64,000 nt of DNA from Guillardia theta CCMP2712 (lineage: Eukaryota; Protista; Cryptophyta). Shown piece after piece: positions 61,625 through 64,000 of this stretch. The DNA lies in NCBI RefSeq assembly GCF_000315625.1, contig NW_005434546.1, positions 125,837-189,836 on the forward strand, read 5' to 3'. Made by a program: the position numbers and the translations under genes. Position 1 is the stretch's first letter, and the number at the start of each line of letters is the position of its first letter. A model generated the notes under the pieces. The model saw nothing but the letters and a program-made list of their open reading frames with translations, was not told where the DNA came from and made no database searches.

Positions 61625-61716
61625 ACCATGGCTGCACGCGTGGTGTAGGGGAAGCTGCCAGGGCGCCAAGGAAGCTGCAAGCGAGAGGTTTGTATACTTC
61701 AAATAGCTTTCTAAGT

Positions 61717-64000
61717 ATGGTTCTTCAGTATGATGAAAATGTTCGCAACCTGCTGTATCGGAGATCATGCCAATACACGCAGAGCGGACTTGTGGATGCC
61801 TCTGTCCTCGAAGCTGATCTCGTCGAGAGGGTGAAGAGCTTCGCGAAGCGTTATCCGAACAGCAGGACAGCCCAGGCTTGCAAGGCTGTGGAGGGATGCA
61901 CCCCCGACGCTATCGCAGAAGCCATCCGCTCGACATGTCAGCAGGCACGACGTGAGCTTCTGCAAGAAGCGATGACTGGATGGAGTGACGCATCCAGAGA
62001 GTGGTTTATGCAGCAGATTGAAGAAGCCAAGAAGGAGAAGGTCGAGACATACACCGCCTCAGCAGGCAACGAGGTGACTTCCTTCATCTCCATGACTCTC
62101 CTGGGCATCTCCTCGGTGTATGTCAACCATGAAGAAAAGCTGAAGAAGAAATTTGAAGAGATCGGACTGATCGTAGACTCAGTGCAAGAGAGTAAAGCAA
62201 TCATGTGGAAGGCTCCGTATAGACCCGAGATAGCGAGTGCTGAGGAGATCCCGGTGACTGTTTCCTTCCTCCGCAATGCACAAGCGGAGAAGCTCTGGCA
62301 GGGAAGAGAGGACTTCGCGATCGATGGTCGCAAGTTCACAGCTGTACATGTGAGCATCGTGCACGATAGATCTTTCAAGATTCGAGCCAAGAGAGGACCC
62401 TGGGGCAAAGGGGGCAGCTTGGCAGAGCTGACCCACCTGTTAACCTTGGGCGGCATGACAACGGCTGAGATAGCTGCCGTCTATCGCTATCAGCTGCTGC
62501 GCCAGTCCCTTGCAGCGGTCCAACTCCAGCCGCTGGCAGGCATGCTGGTCGCTGGGGCGCCAGGACAGCAAGTCCACAAAGGCTTAGGTCAGAAAGGCTT
62601 CGTCGCTGTAGGGGCCAACGTCATCTGGAGACAGAGGGAGGTGGAGTGGATCGTCTCCTCGAGCTGCCCAGAGGCGAATGATACAGCATTTCGAGCTTTC
62701 CGAGAGAGCGAAGCGATGGAGGGAGTACACCTGACTCTGTTCAGCGAGGACCCGAAGATCAGAGAGGCGCTCGCAGTCGAGTTGACAGCTGATCGCTTTG
62801 TGTCCAGAAATAAGTTGAAGAAGGCATCAAGGATGCAGAAGAAGGCAGGCGGCAAGGACGGCAAGGAGATCAAGATCATCATCAAGTCGACGGCGGCATC
62901 TGGTCGCTTCACGAGGAAGGAGATGGAGGGGCTGTGCAACGGCGGCAACACGTCTATCGCAAGAGTCAAGAGAGTCTTGTTGGAGATCGCTAACAGGCTC
63001 GAGATCAAAGTTGAAGGCATCGACATGGAGGAGGATTTGAACACCAAGTCCTGGAACGGGTCCAAGCTATGCATCCTCCTCGGCTCCACGGAGGATGCTC
63101 GACGCATGATGAAGGAGCTGCCCTTCTATCTCGAAGGCGCAGCAACCAAGCTCGAAGCAGTCGGCTTCGACAAGGAGCCTGAGGCGGCTGGTCAGCGGGG
63201 CACCAGCGACGCAGCGCAGCGACAGGAGGAGAGCGAGGGAGAGTGGCTGGAGTTTACAGACCTGGAGAGGATCACAATGGAGGCAGCATCTCCGTCAAGC
63301 CAAGAGGACATGCAGCTCGTCAGCGAGCTGTCAGCAGTCATCGAAGATGCAGCTTCTTTGAACGAGGCGGGGACGAGCGAGCCGATCAAGCTGGTCCTGG
63401 ACAAGGCCGTTGGCAACAAGCTCTTTCAATGGGGGAAGACTAACTCACCATGTTGTCCTCACTGTCCAGACCGAGAAGAAACCTGGGGTCATGTTCAGCT
63501 AGCGTGCAAGCAGTTCCAAGATATGATTCAAAAAGCACACAATGAAGTCATGAAGAAGATCAAGGTAAGACTGCAGCAGAGTTGGAGGAAACAAAGGGTA
63601 CAGGTCAATTCATGGTGGGAAACTCCAATACGCATCGTGATGGAAGCGATGGGGACTTCAATGCACCGAGAAGGGCACTGGATACCTGACGGTTGCTGCT
63701 ACTTTGCAAGCATCAAACGCATTGTCCTCATCGAATTTGCAAGGACATCGGAATATGACGGAGTCGAACAAACAAGCCTGGAATGCCTGAAGAAGAAATT
63801 TCAGGAAAAGGAAGAGAAATATGCCCCCCTACGAGCAGAAATCACAGTTTTGCTACCTGACCATGAAGTTGAACAAGCAACATTCATAGCAGGAGTGAAA
63901 GGATCGATCATGGAAAGGGAATGGCATGAGAATTTCAGGGTGCTAAGGGTGGATGACACGGAATGGGAAGGCATCAAGACAGCAGCAATCAAGCAACTGC
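61717..64000 (+). mobile_element. Non-LTR retrotransposon-derived ORF (runs off window; not in ORF track): unknown ~565-aa N-terminus fused to CCHC zinc knuckle + restriction-like (PD-D/ExK) endonuclease, no RT
   Basis: Open frame from ATG 61717 to the window end. CPHCPDREETWGHVQLAC (63454-63507), AHNEV, WIPDG (63679-63693), IVLIEFART, KEEKY, FIAGVKGSI form the RLE signature. Confidence 0.85.

Noticed and set aside
1-64000. tRNA, rRNA or hammerhead ribozyme genes
   Set aside because: No cloverleaf, rRNA signature or complete CTGATGA...GAAA core with supporting stems was recognised by eye; an Infernal/tRNAscan run would be needed to exclude them.

Overview
Eukaryotic, gene-dense nuclear DNA with many short (~45-60 nt) GT-AG introns, bipartite plastid-type leaders and TTTAGGG-like repeats. 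This fits a cryptophyte alga such as Guillardia theta (inference). Most ORFs in the supplied track are exon fragments or antisense shadows. About 17 host genes can be reconstructed: EFG1, an ankyrin protein, a PQQ-like propeller, a long HA/SAM/PDZ protein punctuated by RGG motifs, a signal-peptide-peptidase-like protease with a GLAD motif, severin/gelsolin, a WW + SAC3/LENG8 protein, a broken fimbrin, a Zn2Cys6 factor, an EML/WD40 protein, alanine-glyoxylate aminotransferase, a PDZ/coiled-coil protein, an STN7-like kinase, a WD40 protein and several unknowns. Three features stand out. (1) 18437-21010 is an intact ~838-aa Crypton-type tyrosine-recombinase gene with a GCR1_C-like tail in which four of the five catalytic positions are replaced, a candidate domesticated Ndc10-like DNA-binding protein. 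(2) 58750-64000 is a telomere-repeat-associated non-LTR retroelement cluster. It holds an APE relic, a perfect 17x19-bp array and a >760-codon ORF absent from the track that joins an unknown N-terminus directly to a CCHC + restriction-like endonuclease, with no reverse transcriptase. (3) 6270-11716 is a putative polyprotein with ubiquitin-tail-like (L/V)RGG linkers. GC-rich palindromic islands with shared motifs sit at most divergent gene junctions. Exon boundaries were inferred by eye and are approximate.
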